A DNA stretch of 63,998 nucleotides, the filler included, from Ionaspis alba (taxonomy: Eukaryota): assembly GCA_964255285.1 (NCBI GenBank). It is 9 parts of 9 records of this genome, joined end to end, with 100 filler letters (N's around TTAATTAATTAA, not from the genome) between each part and the next. Parts side by side here need not be neighbours in the genome. Positions count along the whole stretch, not along the records: positions 28,804 to 35,873 come from CAXUUL010000857.1; positions 35,974 to 43,038 come from CAXUUL010000858.1; 7 more parts are not named here. One strand, 5' to 3'. Below are positions 29,038 through 41,927 of the stretch, one piece after another. Positions within the stretch are counted from its first letter, which is position 1. Each line of letters opens with the position of its first letter. The translations under genes and the position numbers were made by a program. The notes under the pieces are model-generated. The model saw nothing but the letters and a program-made list of their open reading frames with translations. It was not told the DNA's origin and ran no database searches.

Positions 29038-30293
29038 ATGGCGGTCTCTCCGCTCATTCTCAAGCCTGGTTCTCCAAATCCAAAGATCACAGCTTCAAAG
29101 GCCAAAGGGCTGGCTGTGAGGACGAATAGCATCAGTTCTGCACAGTTGAAGCCACTCTCAACGAAGCAAGGTGGTCCTGAGTTGGCAGAACAGTTGAATG
29201 AGGACACCAAAAACAAATATGTCAAAGGTTGGCTTTGCCGTCTGTTCAAAGCTACAGCTGTCGCTGACGGATAATAGATAGGAAGGTTGGAGAAGGTACA
29301 TATGCTGTTGTCTACCTGGGACATCTCAAGGCGGATCCAAAGTCACTAGTGGCTATCAAAAAGATCAAGGTTATGACAGAATATCGCGACGGACTTCCCA
29401 TCAGTGCCATACGAGAAGTCAAGTTTCTACAAGAGTTATCCCACAGGAATATCATAGCATTACATTCCGTCTTTTTATCCAAGAATCAGAACCTCAATCT
29501 AGTTCTCGAATATCTACCCCTGGGTGATCTAGAAATGCTCATCAAGGATGACGAAGGGGTCAGATACGGGACAGCAGATGTCAAAGCATGGATGGGAATG
29601 CTCGGTCGAGCTGTATGGTTCTGTCACGAAAATTTTGTCCTTCATCGAGATATCAAACCCAACAACTTATTGATCGCGGCCGACGGAGAGGTCAAACTTG
29701 CCGATTTCGGACTTGCGAGATCGTTTTCCGATCCCTACAGAGCCATGAGCCATCAAGTGATCACCCGATGGTATCGACCCCCAGAACTGCTCTATGGCGC
29801 CAGATTCTATTCCGGGGCTGTGGACATCTGGTCGATGGGCATGGTCTTTGCCGAGCTCATCATCCGAAGACCCTTTGTGGCAGGAAACACAGACATGCAC
29901 CAGCTCGATCTCATCTGCCAGGCTATCGGTACGCCGGGAGAGGACAACTGGCCAGGCGTGTCAAAGCTACCGGATTATGTGAAAAGTGATACTCAACAAC
30001 CGGTGCGAGGTCGAGACTTTTATGTGGCAACCTTTGGGACAGTAGGGTCAGTGGGAGTCGAGCTCTTGATGTCCACTCTCACACTTGATCCCCGTAAAAG
30101 GAGTACGGCAAAGCAATTCTTGGAGCACAAATGGTGGACCAGTGACCCACGACCGACGAAGAAGGAAGATCTTCCTAAGAAGGCTGGAGGTCCGGAGAAG
30201 ATGGGCGAGGACCTAAAGAGGAGAGGAGGGGAAGTCGAGGAGCGTCGTGGAGAGAAGGTTGCTCGGAAACTGGATTTTGGGTCCACGAGATGA
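29038..30293 (+). CDS. KIN28: TFIIH/CAK cyclin-dependent kinase CDK7 (Kin28/Mcs6)
   Basis: Motifs GEGTYAVV, VAIKK, PISAIRE, HRDIKPNN, DFGLARSF, HQVITRWYR and C-terminal ARKLDF. Intron near 29228-29277. Confidence 0.92.
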
Positions 30294-31377
30294 GCTAACG
30301 TGTTGGCCATATTGGGTTCCCGATAATCTAAGAAAGGATGGCATCTTCTGGAGCCTCCACAATAACAATGACATGCGACTGCCGGATGTGTCAGAGTTTG
30401 GTAACTACGCATACGTACCTTCCGTCAGCAGTCGGTGATCATCTTCGACATGATCAGCAATATTGTCAGAGTGGAGACCATTCGAGTGATCAACGGTTTC
30501 ACTTCTCTCCGCATAGAATGGTCTATTCAAGCTCGGATCAACGGTATATGCTGCCTGTCGGGTAACGGGATTGCATCAGCGACCTACGGGTCTGTGGAAA
30601 ACCCTGTCGAGCATGCGGCTTTTCGAATGCACATGTGGACGGGATGTAGGGATATCACTACGCAGGAACGGGGCACAGCGAGCACAAGCGCCCCTGAATA
30701 TTGGCTCTCTAAGAGTTAGGCCAGCGAGCATTAGTCTGGATGGAATAGGTCTGAATCTTCTGCACGGCAACTCTAATCTACGTAGAACATGACGACCCCC
30801 TATCCTCGTCGGTCATGCACTATTGACCGGCAATTTCCCAGGCACCATTCTATACTATTGAATCTATAGATCACTTACACCCACTGTGGTACTTCTACTT
30901 CGTACAACTTCTCCCCCAGTATTACAGAACCCCGTGCGCATCGTGTCAAGCTGCAGTTCAACTGCCCGGTTTTCCCCGCAGATGATTTGCAGTGCTTAGA
31001 CTTCGTGTGATCCCACGAACGAGGCGCACAGGAAGCCACCATGCACGAGCTTTGCATTTGGCACATTGATTCTGTCGGTCTCCCGCCCAATGGAAGAATC
31101 GAGCACAACCTTTCCACCGAGCACTTTGGTCGATTTCGAATCGCATCCCGATGTCGTATCCGTCAGCCAATTGCTGTTAACCACTTGCGGAGATTGAGAC
31201 GGAGGAGCAGAGACTGTGATGAGTTAGTGAGGCACGGTAGTGCACGATAGTGCTTTTGTAGATCTCGGGGACCTCTATCCGTGGTTGAGGTTAAGCTTCA
31301 ACAGGCTAACTGCCGTCCATTGTGCAAGCATCTTTCCACTTCCTTCAGGGGCAAGAGCCACCCCTATCTTACCCACT

Positions 31378-31404
31378 GTCACCCATGGTCACCCATGGTC
31401 ACCC
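31378..31404 (+). repeat. Short tandem repeat (GTCACCCATG) x2.7
   Basis: gtcacccatg gtcacccatg gtcaccc in the CDK7-kinesin intergenic region. Confidence 0.8.
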
Positions 31405-32589
31405 CGAATTGCCGGGAGGCACAGTGGGGAAGTGTGATTCGGCTCATGCTCTTCTTAAGCTTTCTGAGTGCAAGTGGTAAAGATTGGCTCCAACGACCAA
31501 CGACCAACGACGACAGGGGACAAGAAAAAGGCACGACGCCGAGTCTACGAATTTCCACTCACACCGAAAGGAGTGCTGAGCCTATCAGTGGTTGGCTGGT
31601 ACAAGCACAACCTCCTGGCAGACCCATTGGTATCACCGCTGCAATGATTAATCGGCGAATGACGCTTTTCGTTCGTGGCATTTTCATTTCGAAATGCAGC
31701 TGGTACATGCCGATAGGTGAGGGTTGGGAAAATCAATCCCATCACACGGTCTAGTCGACTCCCCGGCATCCTTCACACCCATCCCCCACACCAGCCCGTC
31801 CCTTCCTTCCCCGGCAGATATGCCGTTCCCCAGTCTTTATCGCCCTCTCCTTGTGTCCCTCCCTCCTTGCCTACGAGTCAGGTTCGACTCAGTTCTGCAA
31901 TTTCTCTTTTGGTTGTACAATATCCGACCCAAGAATGCTTCGGGCAGACGCGCCTCCACAAGCAAACACCTTGTAAAACGCTGCTGGACAGTTGATCGAC
32001 CTGTCAAAACCGCATCGATCGCACCTCCCAGGGTCTTCCAGGATCATCAAGCCTCATTTTCAGTTAGACCGGAACCTTCACGCTCTCGATCACCGCCGAA
32101 GTTCACATTTCTGGCCGCGTTGGATTGGCATCCCTTACATGCTCAGATCTATCAACACCTCTCACCGAAGAATTCGTCCCTTCAACCCTCAGGTCGCATT
32201 CTACAGTTCTTGATTCTTTCTTCGACTCGCAAGCCTATAACATCCCACTATTCAAAATTCTGCCCAATTCGAACCACGCCGCGCAGGGTGCATTGCCGAG
32301 CTGCAGCTCAACCTTGTCCTGCATCATCTCCCAGCGGCTCGAATTTATCAAAACGTTCTGTATGGTCTCACTGCGGGGTGAGAATTGAACGAGTGGAGGA
32401 AGTTCGCCCACAACGGTTTTCTGCACACTGCCGTGTCTGGTTCTGAATTGAGAAGACTGAATATCGCGATGGATTGATTGGCACGTTCACCGATCCCCTG
32501 GACCTATGCAGATTTTGCTTTTGCGGTGATAGAGGATTTACACATAGACGTTCACGGCTGTTTTTCTCTGTCGCTCACTTTCCTTCACC

Positions 32590-35500
32590 ATGGCTACAAC
32601 AAAATCTCTTCCGCGACCATCACTCCCACCATGCGCGCCTCCGAGTGCCGCATTGCCACCACTACCCGTACCAAAAACTCGAAAGAGCCTCGGGAACCCA
32701 CAGCTTTCCGGCCTTCCTTCATCAAACTCACAGACTCCCTCAAAATTAGCGATTCGAACACCATCCAGAGCCACGATACCGGTTGCCGCACAGAAACCGC
32801 ACCATACAGTTTCTACCCCCGCAATACCGACTCTGAAGACCACCGCCAGTGGAATTGGTAAACCGACAGGCCCAACTCCCGAACGAACACTGAGAAAAAC
32901 AGTCAGCATTGCTTCGTTTCCACAGCCTCCCAAATCTAGTTCCAAGATCGGGACCTTGCCTGCACGACCCTCGCTCGGCGGATCAGGTACCTCGTCGGCT
33001 GCGGGATCGTACAGGCGTGTCTCGGATGACTCAATTTGCTCTGGAACACCCGTGGCCAGTGTGAGATCGACTAAGCTCAAGCCTAGCAATGGACCAGTGG
33101 CTCAAAAACATTCGTATGTTGGCAACAGCGCGCCAACCCTCTTGAATGGCAGTGGCGATGCCGTCTCGATATCCGCCGGACTAGGCCATCGAGGCTCGGA
33201 TGGTCTCCTCAGTCTCCCTTCGCCAGATCATAGCCGAGTCTCTTCTGCTAGAGACTCTTATTCTACCACGGCCACCACATTTGAAGATATAGATGATGCA
33301 AATGCCACGAAAGCTCGGGACGGCACAAAGAACGTCTCGAGCCTCAGAAAGCCGTCCTCGGATGACGAGAACGAGAAGGGGAACGTGATTGTTAGTGTTA
33401 GAGTCCGGCCTGAAGCAAATGGTAGCAGTCCAACAGGACATGATTGGGTGATTGATGGCTCGAAGTCTTTGGTCTCTTACAGAGGTCGAGATGGCGGCGA
33501 CTATTTTTACGGTCAGCTTCTCTTAATATTCTCGACAAGTTCTGGTGACTGACTCCTTGAGTAGACAACGTCTTCGAAGTCAAGGATCAGAATGCAAAGA
33601 TTTATGATGTAACGACCAAACGCCTAGTCCGGCGCGTCATGGAAGGCTACCATGGCACGGTGTTTGCATATGGAATGACAGGGAGTGGGAAGACCTATAC
33701 GATGCAAGGTACCCAGAAATCACCCGGTGTTATGGTCAATGCCATCACGGACTTGTTTGGGTATATTCGCGAGACGCCCAGTCGAGAATTTTTGTTACGA
33801 GTGAGCTATCTCGAAATTTATAACGAAAAGATCCATGATCTGTTGGCAGCAGCCGAAGACGACAAGAATGGAGTGCGAAATGCTCAGCAGGAGGAGATCA
33901 AACTTCACGAAGATGGAAAGGGAGGCGTCTATGCGGCGCCGTTGCGTGAAGAACTTGTCCAGAGCCCGAATGAGCTGAAGAATGTCATTGCCCGCGGCGC
34001 AGCTGTCAGACGAACCTCGAGCACCCAGTACAATGCTGACAGCTCTCGAAGTCACGCCGTCGTTCAGGTTACCGTGGAGAGTAGATTGCGTCGTGGCTTC
34101 GATGCCTATGGTCGGGAAGATAAGCGAGCCCCTATTGCACCGGGAGGCGTCCAAATATCGACTCTCAGCCTGATCGATTTGGCTGGATCCGAGCGAGCTG
34201 CCTCAACCAAGGATCGTCAAAAGGAAGGCCAGCATATCAATCAGAGTCTGTTGACCCTCGGGAAGGTGATTGCCGGTCTGTCGGCAGATAAAAGCAAACA
34301 TTCGAAGCATGTGCCTTACCGAGAAAGCAAACTGACTCGGTTACTGCAGCCTGCTTTATCTGGGAAGTCGCTCGTCAGCATTCTGTGCACTATACAAATT
34401 GGAACATTAGGGACTGCTGCTCTAGCAAACACTCACACAGCTGAAACGCTGAATACATTGAAATTCGCAGCACGAGCGAAGAACAACATCGTCAGTCACG
34501 CAAGGAAGGCTGAGGCTGCGATGACGAGCGGCTCAGAGCCTGGTTTTATTGAAATTTACCAGAAGCAGATCGAGGAACTGCAGCAGAAGCTCGCAGCCAA
34601 GAATCAGGAGGCGAAGGAACGCAGAGCAAAGGAGGATGACGATCAAGATGAGAAGAAGCACCATGATTATATGCGTGAACAGAACACTATTCGTGCCATT
34701 ATTCAAGGCATGACGGACAATCTGAATCGCCTGATCGTCTCTTCGCAGTCGAAAGGCGTAAATAGTGATGACAAGACTGCATCAGCAAGCTTGTCACCAT
34801 TGACACCCTCTAACGACTTCGGTATACGATCTCTCCGGTCCTCAGCAAGTCACTCGACTCTGCGCCGCACCACCTCCGGGGCATCAGCTTCAACCGCGAC
34901 GGTCGGTATCAAGCCCAACCTACAATCCTCCGATGCAGCATTCGAGTCCGGTCTAGATGGCAATACACAACCTATTTCAGACGGCACCGCGTCGCCGCAC
35001 GAGCAGCTCCAAGCCCTCCGTCGCGACCTCGCCGAGAAAAATCGCTACATTCTCGTCCTCGAAACTCGTGTCCATCAAGCCCGACGCACGAGCCAAGCCC
35101 GCAGCTCCATCCTCGCCTCCCCTACCGCCTCGACCTCTTCCCCTATCACCTCCACCTCTCCTACACCAGACTCCTCCACCTCCACCCTACGCGCCCAACT
35201 CGCAGAAAAAGACTTTCAAATCTCCGCTCTCCTCGCCACCCTCAGCACCAAAGACACCGAACTCGATGCCCAAACCACCCAAATCGCAACCCTCAACGAC
35301 CAGATCCGCGTCCGCGACGCCAAAATCACCTCCCTCCGCGTCCGCGTCACCGACCTCCGCGACCGCTGCGCCGATCTCACCCGCCAGAGCACGACCTACC
35401 GGCTCGAAGCGCAAAAACTCGGCGAAGAAGCCGCAAGTGCCGGAGACCTCGATATGGCTGCTTTCCCGGCCCCGCCTACGCCCAGCTTGTCGTCTTCGTC

Positions 35501-35873
35501 GCTGCATAATCGGCACGAGGCGAGACCGAGCAACGATAGCTCGATCGCGACGAGTAATTCTGCGAGCTTGTCGCCCGTCGAACTGTTGTCGTCGCCGGGG
35601 ATGGGATTGGGGTTTCCGCGCGTACCCGCCAGTCCGACCAAGCGATGGGAGTTGAACAAGGAGATGGAGGCTGGGAGTGGGGTGGTGGAGAAGAAGAGTT
35701 CGCCGCCGAGGGGGAGTAGGGAGAGTATTGATCAGTTGGCCCATGTGCTTGATTTGATGATTCAGGAGCGTGTGGAGAAGGGCGAGGTGGTGAGGAGTAA
35801 GGTTAGTGGTAGTGTGAGGGTTGTGAGGGAGAGGAGGCAGGGGAGTTTGGGCAGTTTGGGCAGTGTGAGGGGG
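32590..35873 (+). CDS. Kinesin-7 family motor (KipA/Kip2-like), 3' truncated; intron near 33512-33564
   Basis: Motifs VIVSVRVRP, P-loop GMTGSGKT, YLEIYNE, SSRSH, DLAGSE, INQSLLTL and HVPYRESKLTRLLQ. Long Ser/Pro-rich N-terminus and coiled-coil tail. Confidence 0.92.
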
Positions 35874-36418
35874 NNNNNNNNNNNNNNNNNNNNNNNNNNN
35901 NNNNNNNNNNNNNNNNNTTAATTAATTAANNNNNNNNNNNNNNNNNNNNNNNNNNNNNNNNNNNNNNNNNNNNGATCTAGGAGCATTGTGATAATGGGCG
36001 GTAAACTTCCTATGAAGGGAAGATACCTAACTGCTCAAAAGGGCTTTTCGGAGTCAACTGGTGAGTGTCAGGTGAGCTATTTCCGAAACCTAGCCTAACT
36101 GATTCCTAGCAGGGCTCGGATTGGGTAAATTAGAGCTTGAAACCAACAAAGATATTGTGATTTAGGTTCTTGGGCCACGAACCATTATTGGACCTGTTTC
36201 TCTCCTGTACGTGGATGCCAAGATTAAAGCTTAGACCAGATTTACCCGCTCTGCCGCGCCGGGCCGTTAGTCCAGATGCCCCTTGAACCATTCCCCGCGC
36301 CCCCGCAGGCACTCACCCCGCAATCTTCGAATGTTGAAGATATGTTGCGGGAAACACCTTGGACAGTTATGAGGGAGACCTCCTTGCAGTGTTCTCTAAC
36401 ACCGCTATTGCAGTCAAG

Positions 36419-37946
36419 ATGTCTTCCACGTCCACAACCACCATGAAAGCCATCAAGTACGAAGGCCCCTTCAAGGTTACAGTCCAGGAGGTCCCTTTGC
36501 CCAAAATTGAGCATCCGGACGATGCTATCATCAAAGTCACCACCGCCGGTCTGTCTCCTCCTTTTCCAAATCATGAAAAACATACTGATTCACTTCTTCT
36601 AGCAATATGTGGTTCAGACCTTCACATGTACCAAGGCCCGTTGTTTTACTTCTTGCATGCCCTGGTTCAATTAGATCTGACTGTCTTCAAGGCCGAACCG
36701 CGGCGGAGAGTGGTCTCGTCTTTGGTATTTCACTCCAAACCATCAATTCGACGTTTCTTTAGCCAGACTTGCCTAACAAGGCTTGAATGCAGGCCATGAG
36801 AATATGGGAATCATAGAGGAGGTTGGAAGTGGAGTCACACTGCTGAAGAAGGGGGATCGGGTGGTGCTGCCATTCAATGTTGCAGATGGGAGATGCCAGA
36901 ACTGCGAGGAGGGCAAAACTGCGTTTTGTACCGGTGTGAACCCCGGTTTCGCTGGAGGAGCATACGGTTATGTGGCAATGGGACCGTATCAAGGTGGTCA
37001 GGTAAGCATGTGCCCTCGCTCAAGCTCTGCAGAGACCCTTCCATTTCCCAAATCTGCCACCTTTGTCCTCTAGATACATCTGTCGATAGGAAGCACAGTA
37101 CTTACCGATTCCCTCTCTAGGCCCAGTATCTTCGCGTTCCCTATGCAGACTTCAACTCCCTCGTTCTACCTCCTGGCAAGGAGCACGAAGCCGACTTCGC
37201 CCTTCTAGCCGACATCTTCCCCACTGGCTGGCACGGCCTCGAGATCTCCGGCTTCCGACCTGGCGAGTCCGTCGCTGTGTTCGGTGCCGGTCCTGTCGGT
37301 CTCATGGCAGCCTACTCTGCCACCCTCCGCGGTGCCTCCACCGTCTTCGTCGTTGATCGTGTTCCCGAGCGTCTTGCGGCTGCCGAAAAGATTGGCTGCA
37401 CGCCCATTGATTTCAGCAAGGGAGACGCGGTAAAGACAATCATTGAGAAGAATGGTGGCATGGTGGATCGAAGTGTCGATGCTGTTGGATATCAGGCAAC
37501 GGGGCAAGGCGAAGGGGAGGTCCCCAATATTGTCATTGAACAGTGTATACAGGTGACGCGGCCTACTGGAGGCTTGGGGATTCCGGGATTGTATGTCCCG
37601 AGTGATCCCGGGGCGCCCAATGAGGAGGGTAGTAAGGGGATGATGACGATGAGTTTTGGGAAGCTGTTTGAAAAGGTATGATTCACGCTCACAATGCTTG
37701 GGTAGAGGAAAACTTGTTGACATCTGTCTGTGCTTCTGATAGGGTCTCTCATTGGCAACGGGTCAGTGCAATGTCAAGAAATACAATCGCTATCTCCGCG
37801 ATATGATCGTTTCTGGCCGCGCCAAACCGAGCTTTGTCGTCTCTCATGAAATCGCTATCGATGATGCACCGCAAGCTTACGAGAAGTTTGACAAGCGGAT
37901 TGAAGGGTACACGAAAGTCTTGATACACCCGAATGGGCCCTTGTGA
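36419..37946 (+). CDS. Zn-dependent MDR dehydrogenase, glutathione-independent formaldehyde dehydrogenase-like; six exons including two 33-nt exons (36603-36635, 36692-36724)
   Basis: Motifs ICGSDLHMY, GHENMG, PFNVADGRCQNC, ADIFPTGW, FGAGPVG, GIPGLY and TGQCNVK. Confidence 0.92.
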
Positions 37947-38147
37947 GACAGAGGTGTCACATTGTTAAGCACAAGAATCCATATGATTATTAGGCAATCG
38001 AGCTCGTGTCTGCTTCATCGTGTCAAATAGTCATCTCGATACTTCTTTTTAAGACGATATTGCCCTGTTTTTAATCAAAAGGCTAAACACTTATCCTAAT
38101 ACAAATTTCAGCTAGAACAACTGAAGAAAAAGGCATAATCCATCAGA

Positions 38148-39885
38148 TCAAACGGTGAGTTCCGTGGCTCCACTATCGTTATGGTTTAACTCTTCCACAG
38201 CACGGAAAATCTTCTTCACCTTCTCCTTCCAAAACGCTTCGCTGCCCCAGGTGGCACTCCCGAAGAGCTTATCATCCCTTCCATCCGCCCAGCCTTTGGT
38301 CCTACGACCGGTATATCCTAAGAATACTTGAGCAAGACCAGAGTTCATAACCTCGAAGTTCTGGTTATAGCCATGGGTCTCAGAAAACGCAAGAAACCAG
38401 AATCCCGCAGGAACCGAGCGCCATGTCAGGTGGTACGCCAGCCTCCAGAGCTGAACTCTTTGCTCCTCAATTGCAGATAGGTAGATGGGGAAGTATGTCA
38501 GGAGACTGAAAAATACCACTAAGACGAGAAATACCCACAAAGGGACCTGCCCTTGTCCGGAGATCGTTCATGCCCAGCATGGCGCAGACAAAGTTGAGCG
38601 GAAGGTATAAGAAAGCCAAGTTGGAGAGTTTTCCGAGGCTTTTGGCTGTGACCTTTGACTCTCTGGCCTCTTCCACTTGCTCTGACGCCAGCTCAGCCTT
38701 GTAATCCGAATCAGTTGCGTGAGTGTGCCAGTTATAAATTCTCATCGTATCATTGTACAACGACAAGAGCATCTCAACGTCGGTCAAGAGACCTTGAAGA
38801 TTCCGCCGATATGAATCACCGGCCGCATCTGAGCTCTTATGCTCAGGAGACAGCGGTCCGAGATATCCAAACAAGGCTTGCTTGAATTTGACCAATTCGA
38901 GTCGCCGATGGTGCATAGCTAATATATGTGGTAGATATTTGGAGGTAACTCTGGCGCTCTCTTCCAGTTGAGTCGGCTCTGGGTCGTGTCGTAGGTTATA
39001 ATCTTCGTAACACCTGAGAACCAAAAGACGGGTGTAGAAGTGTACGATGCCGCATAAAAATTCGGAAGAGTCACCGGGGAGCTCATGGCTTATCGAAGAC
39101 GCATCGGCGGTAGCAGCAAAAAGGTCGATGGCACAACGGTGCGAGCGTTTCTGAACCCTTTCCCATCGGTCCCAGAGAGACTGCGGTTCCTGATAAACGG
39201 CTTTTGACCGGATGAGTGCAATAACTATTTCCTACAGTTATTTTCTTCCACGCTCGCCAGCCATTTAATAGAAGCCAGGCTTACCAACACCACTTCTGCA
39301 GCAGACAGACAAGCATTCCGAGCTCACGCTCAAACGGAGTATGGAGGCGCACGTTTCTGACGGAAGCCGGATAGGGTTCCAACGGCCGCCAAAAGTCCAA
39401 TCGTCTTCTATTCGATTGCTATCCTCTTCAAGGTGCTTACGGAATTCTCCCGGACAGCCTGGTTCATCTCTGAATTCCTTGTAGTCGAAGTGATGTCGCA
39501 TAAATGACACCTCGAGGCCAAAGGTGCTCCATAGGAGATCAAGGATTTCCGGATCTACGTGTGAGCTGTCTCGATGACACAGTCTCACCGCACGTACACA
39601 TTTCGAGGCAAGGCAATGTCGCAAATCGTGCTTTGCCGATGAACCAGTCCCGAAGTCTCTGGTGGTGGTAGTTGATACCGCTTTGGCCTCTTTGTAATAC
39701 ACCCGTACCAGATAATTAGGGCTGATCTTGCCCGCATCTGAAGACACGAGTTCATGAAGCCATTCACAGTTATTTGACGATGCCGAGTGCACCTTCGTGT
39801 ACTCTTTCAAGGTCGGCCGCTGCGCATTCACACTGCCCGAATCTTCTGCATGGGCAGACTGTCGAGCATCGGAGGGACTTGCCAT
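38148..39885 (-). pseudogene. Fungal CorA-like (GMN motif) membrane protein gene with an apparent frameshift at 38565
   Basis: Two coding exons read open to LSNLAFLYLPLNFVCAMLGMN, but the second transmembrane helix (GQGQVPLWVFLVLVVFFSLL) is in another frame. Confidence 0.6.
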
Positions 39886-40751
39886 CGAGTTGGAGATTTG
39901 CCAGAACGGGGCATCACCAGCCAGTGGATTACTACAACGCCATAAGAAGATGCAATGTACGAGTAGCGGAGTAGGCGCGACGTAAACATTCTATGCAATG
40001 TTGAGGAAGTGGGGCCTGTTTCTATTTATCCAGACATTCAACGGGGCGCATGTTTAAAATCCCGTAAACTGTACTGGGCTCACAACTCTTTAGTAACCAC
40101 ATATTGGGGTATTGCAAGGGCGCAGCATATGGGAGCCTGAATTGATTGCGTTAGGTGCTTCAGTTACCCAAGTTATCTTTAGTCAAATAACAGGCTACCC
40201 GTTGCCTAGCCTGCTACCCTTTCATAATTAGATATGCCCACATGATCCGTATCTGTGCATGGCCTTGACACTATGGTTGACATCGCCAAAAATTGAGGCA
40301 CACGGTGGAGGCGACCATTTGCTGACCTAGAGGGAAGATTGAACGACTCAAGGACCGGGAATGAAGGTCCCAAGCCACCCCGCTGGTCCTCTTCGAAGGG
40401 GAAACGCAATTGTTTCGTAGCTATACATTGATGTAGATTCTATGTAGGAGTGAAAGGGGCAATGTCGCCAGCTTCAATTCCGCAATTTTTGGATGACTAA
40501 GAGCCAATTGACCTGTTAGAGTGTCCGATTTTAACTCCCGTCCTCAAAGAGCGACGTGGGCCAGGACGCAGGTTGAGTCACGGGTTAGCGTAGGCGCCTA
40601 CCCGCCATGAAATATAAAATACTGAAGAGGTCTCGATACTTCGCTAATCGTGAGGCGATGAGTTTTTAAAATGTATGCTCTTGCTGCACATACAGCACAC
40701 ACAACCGAATACACGAATGTTTACTTGCCTTAATTCATCCACGCAAGACTC

Positions 40752-41927
40752 ATGCCGTCTTTCAATCATTTCCCTCTGGAGATACTTTGCTCCATTGCGC
40801 AATTCGTCGGCAGTGACCATCTTCGCGCACGGGCTGACAATCTGCTTTTATTCAAGAATTGGTAGGCATATTCCAAATCTCAACCATTTCCTCGAGTTCG
40901 AGCCGTAGTTAGTGACTATTAGGCTTATCGGGATGGACTTTCTAGGTGGCAAGTCGCTCGAGTTGTAGCCTATGAGGATCTCACTCTATCGATCAAGACT
41001 ATCGATCGATATTTAGAAGAATCCAAAAGCGTCCAGAGTCTTGTGCAGACAAGCGTCAAACGCTTAGAGTTAATGGTAAAGGAAGCCGAGGGGAATTACT
41101 CAGAAACACCGATGATGGCAGGAAGGATGGACGATCATGAGACCCGGTCTCTTTCAGATGTCCCTCAGAACATAGTAACAACAGATGATTGGTGGATCCA
41201 CGTGAAGGAGAGTTTGGTTCGCTTTGCATCACAACTTAAGCATATGCCTCGTGTGAAATCATTCAGTCTCGTACTTTTTGTTTACTTCGAGGCGTCCCAG
41301 GTCCAGGAAAATGTCTTGTTCACCTCTATTTCAACACTCCTCTGCAGTTTACCAACAACTCTCGCTAGCCTTACTATCGACAATAGCGGAGCTCCTTCAA
41401 GTCGCACTCCTGAGCCACGAGAAAGGCGCAATCACTATTGTTCTCTACTACTCAACAAAACCTTTATGCCCCATCTACGTCACCTTTGCATCCGTAGCCG
41501 CAATATCTGCCCCGAGGTCTTCGAAGCGATCTCTTCCGACCAATACACCCGACTTGAGTTCTTAATTATCAATCTCAGCCTGGGGCGAGAGAATATACCG
41601 TGGATGTCCAAAGTGTTCTATGCGCATTTCTGTTTAGGATTCCAAAGCAACGGCAAAGATTTGTACTCAAGCCTCGTTGACGCTGCAAAGGCAATTGTAC
41701 CGCGCCTGCCGTGCCTAAAGATGTTGAGGATAGTTCGTCAGGATTTTCCAGCAGAAGACTTCTTTTCGTTTGATGTGATTTGTGATCGACGTGTCAGACT
41801 TGCGCCGGGTATCGATTGGAAGACTATTGACTACATCAATGCTGACGATGATGAATACAGTTCCGACGGTAGTGAATGGTCACAGGATTCGACTTCCAGT
41901 ACGGAATCTGTTGACGAATCATCGTGA
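40752..41927 (+). CDS. Putative F-box-like protein with leucine-rich C-terminus; intron near 40862-40946
   Basis: Exon 1 encodes MPSFNHFPLEILCSIAQFV...LLLFKNW and is missing from the ORF track. Exon 2 has LRR-like LASLTID, LRHLCIR and LKMLRIV, then an acidic tail. Confidence 0.65.

Noticed and set aside
31281..32446. Long ORFs (157 and 240 aa) upstream of the kinesin
   Set aside because: They have non-ATG starts and no recognisable motifs, and look like promoter or 5' UTR sequence.
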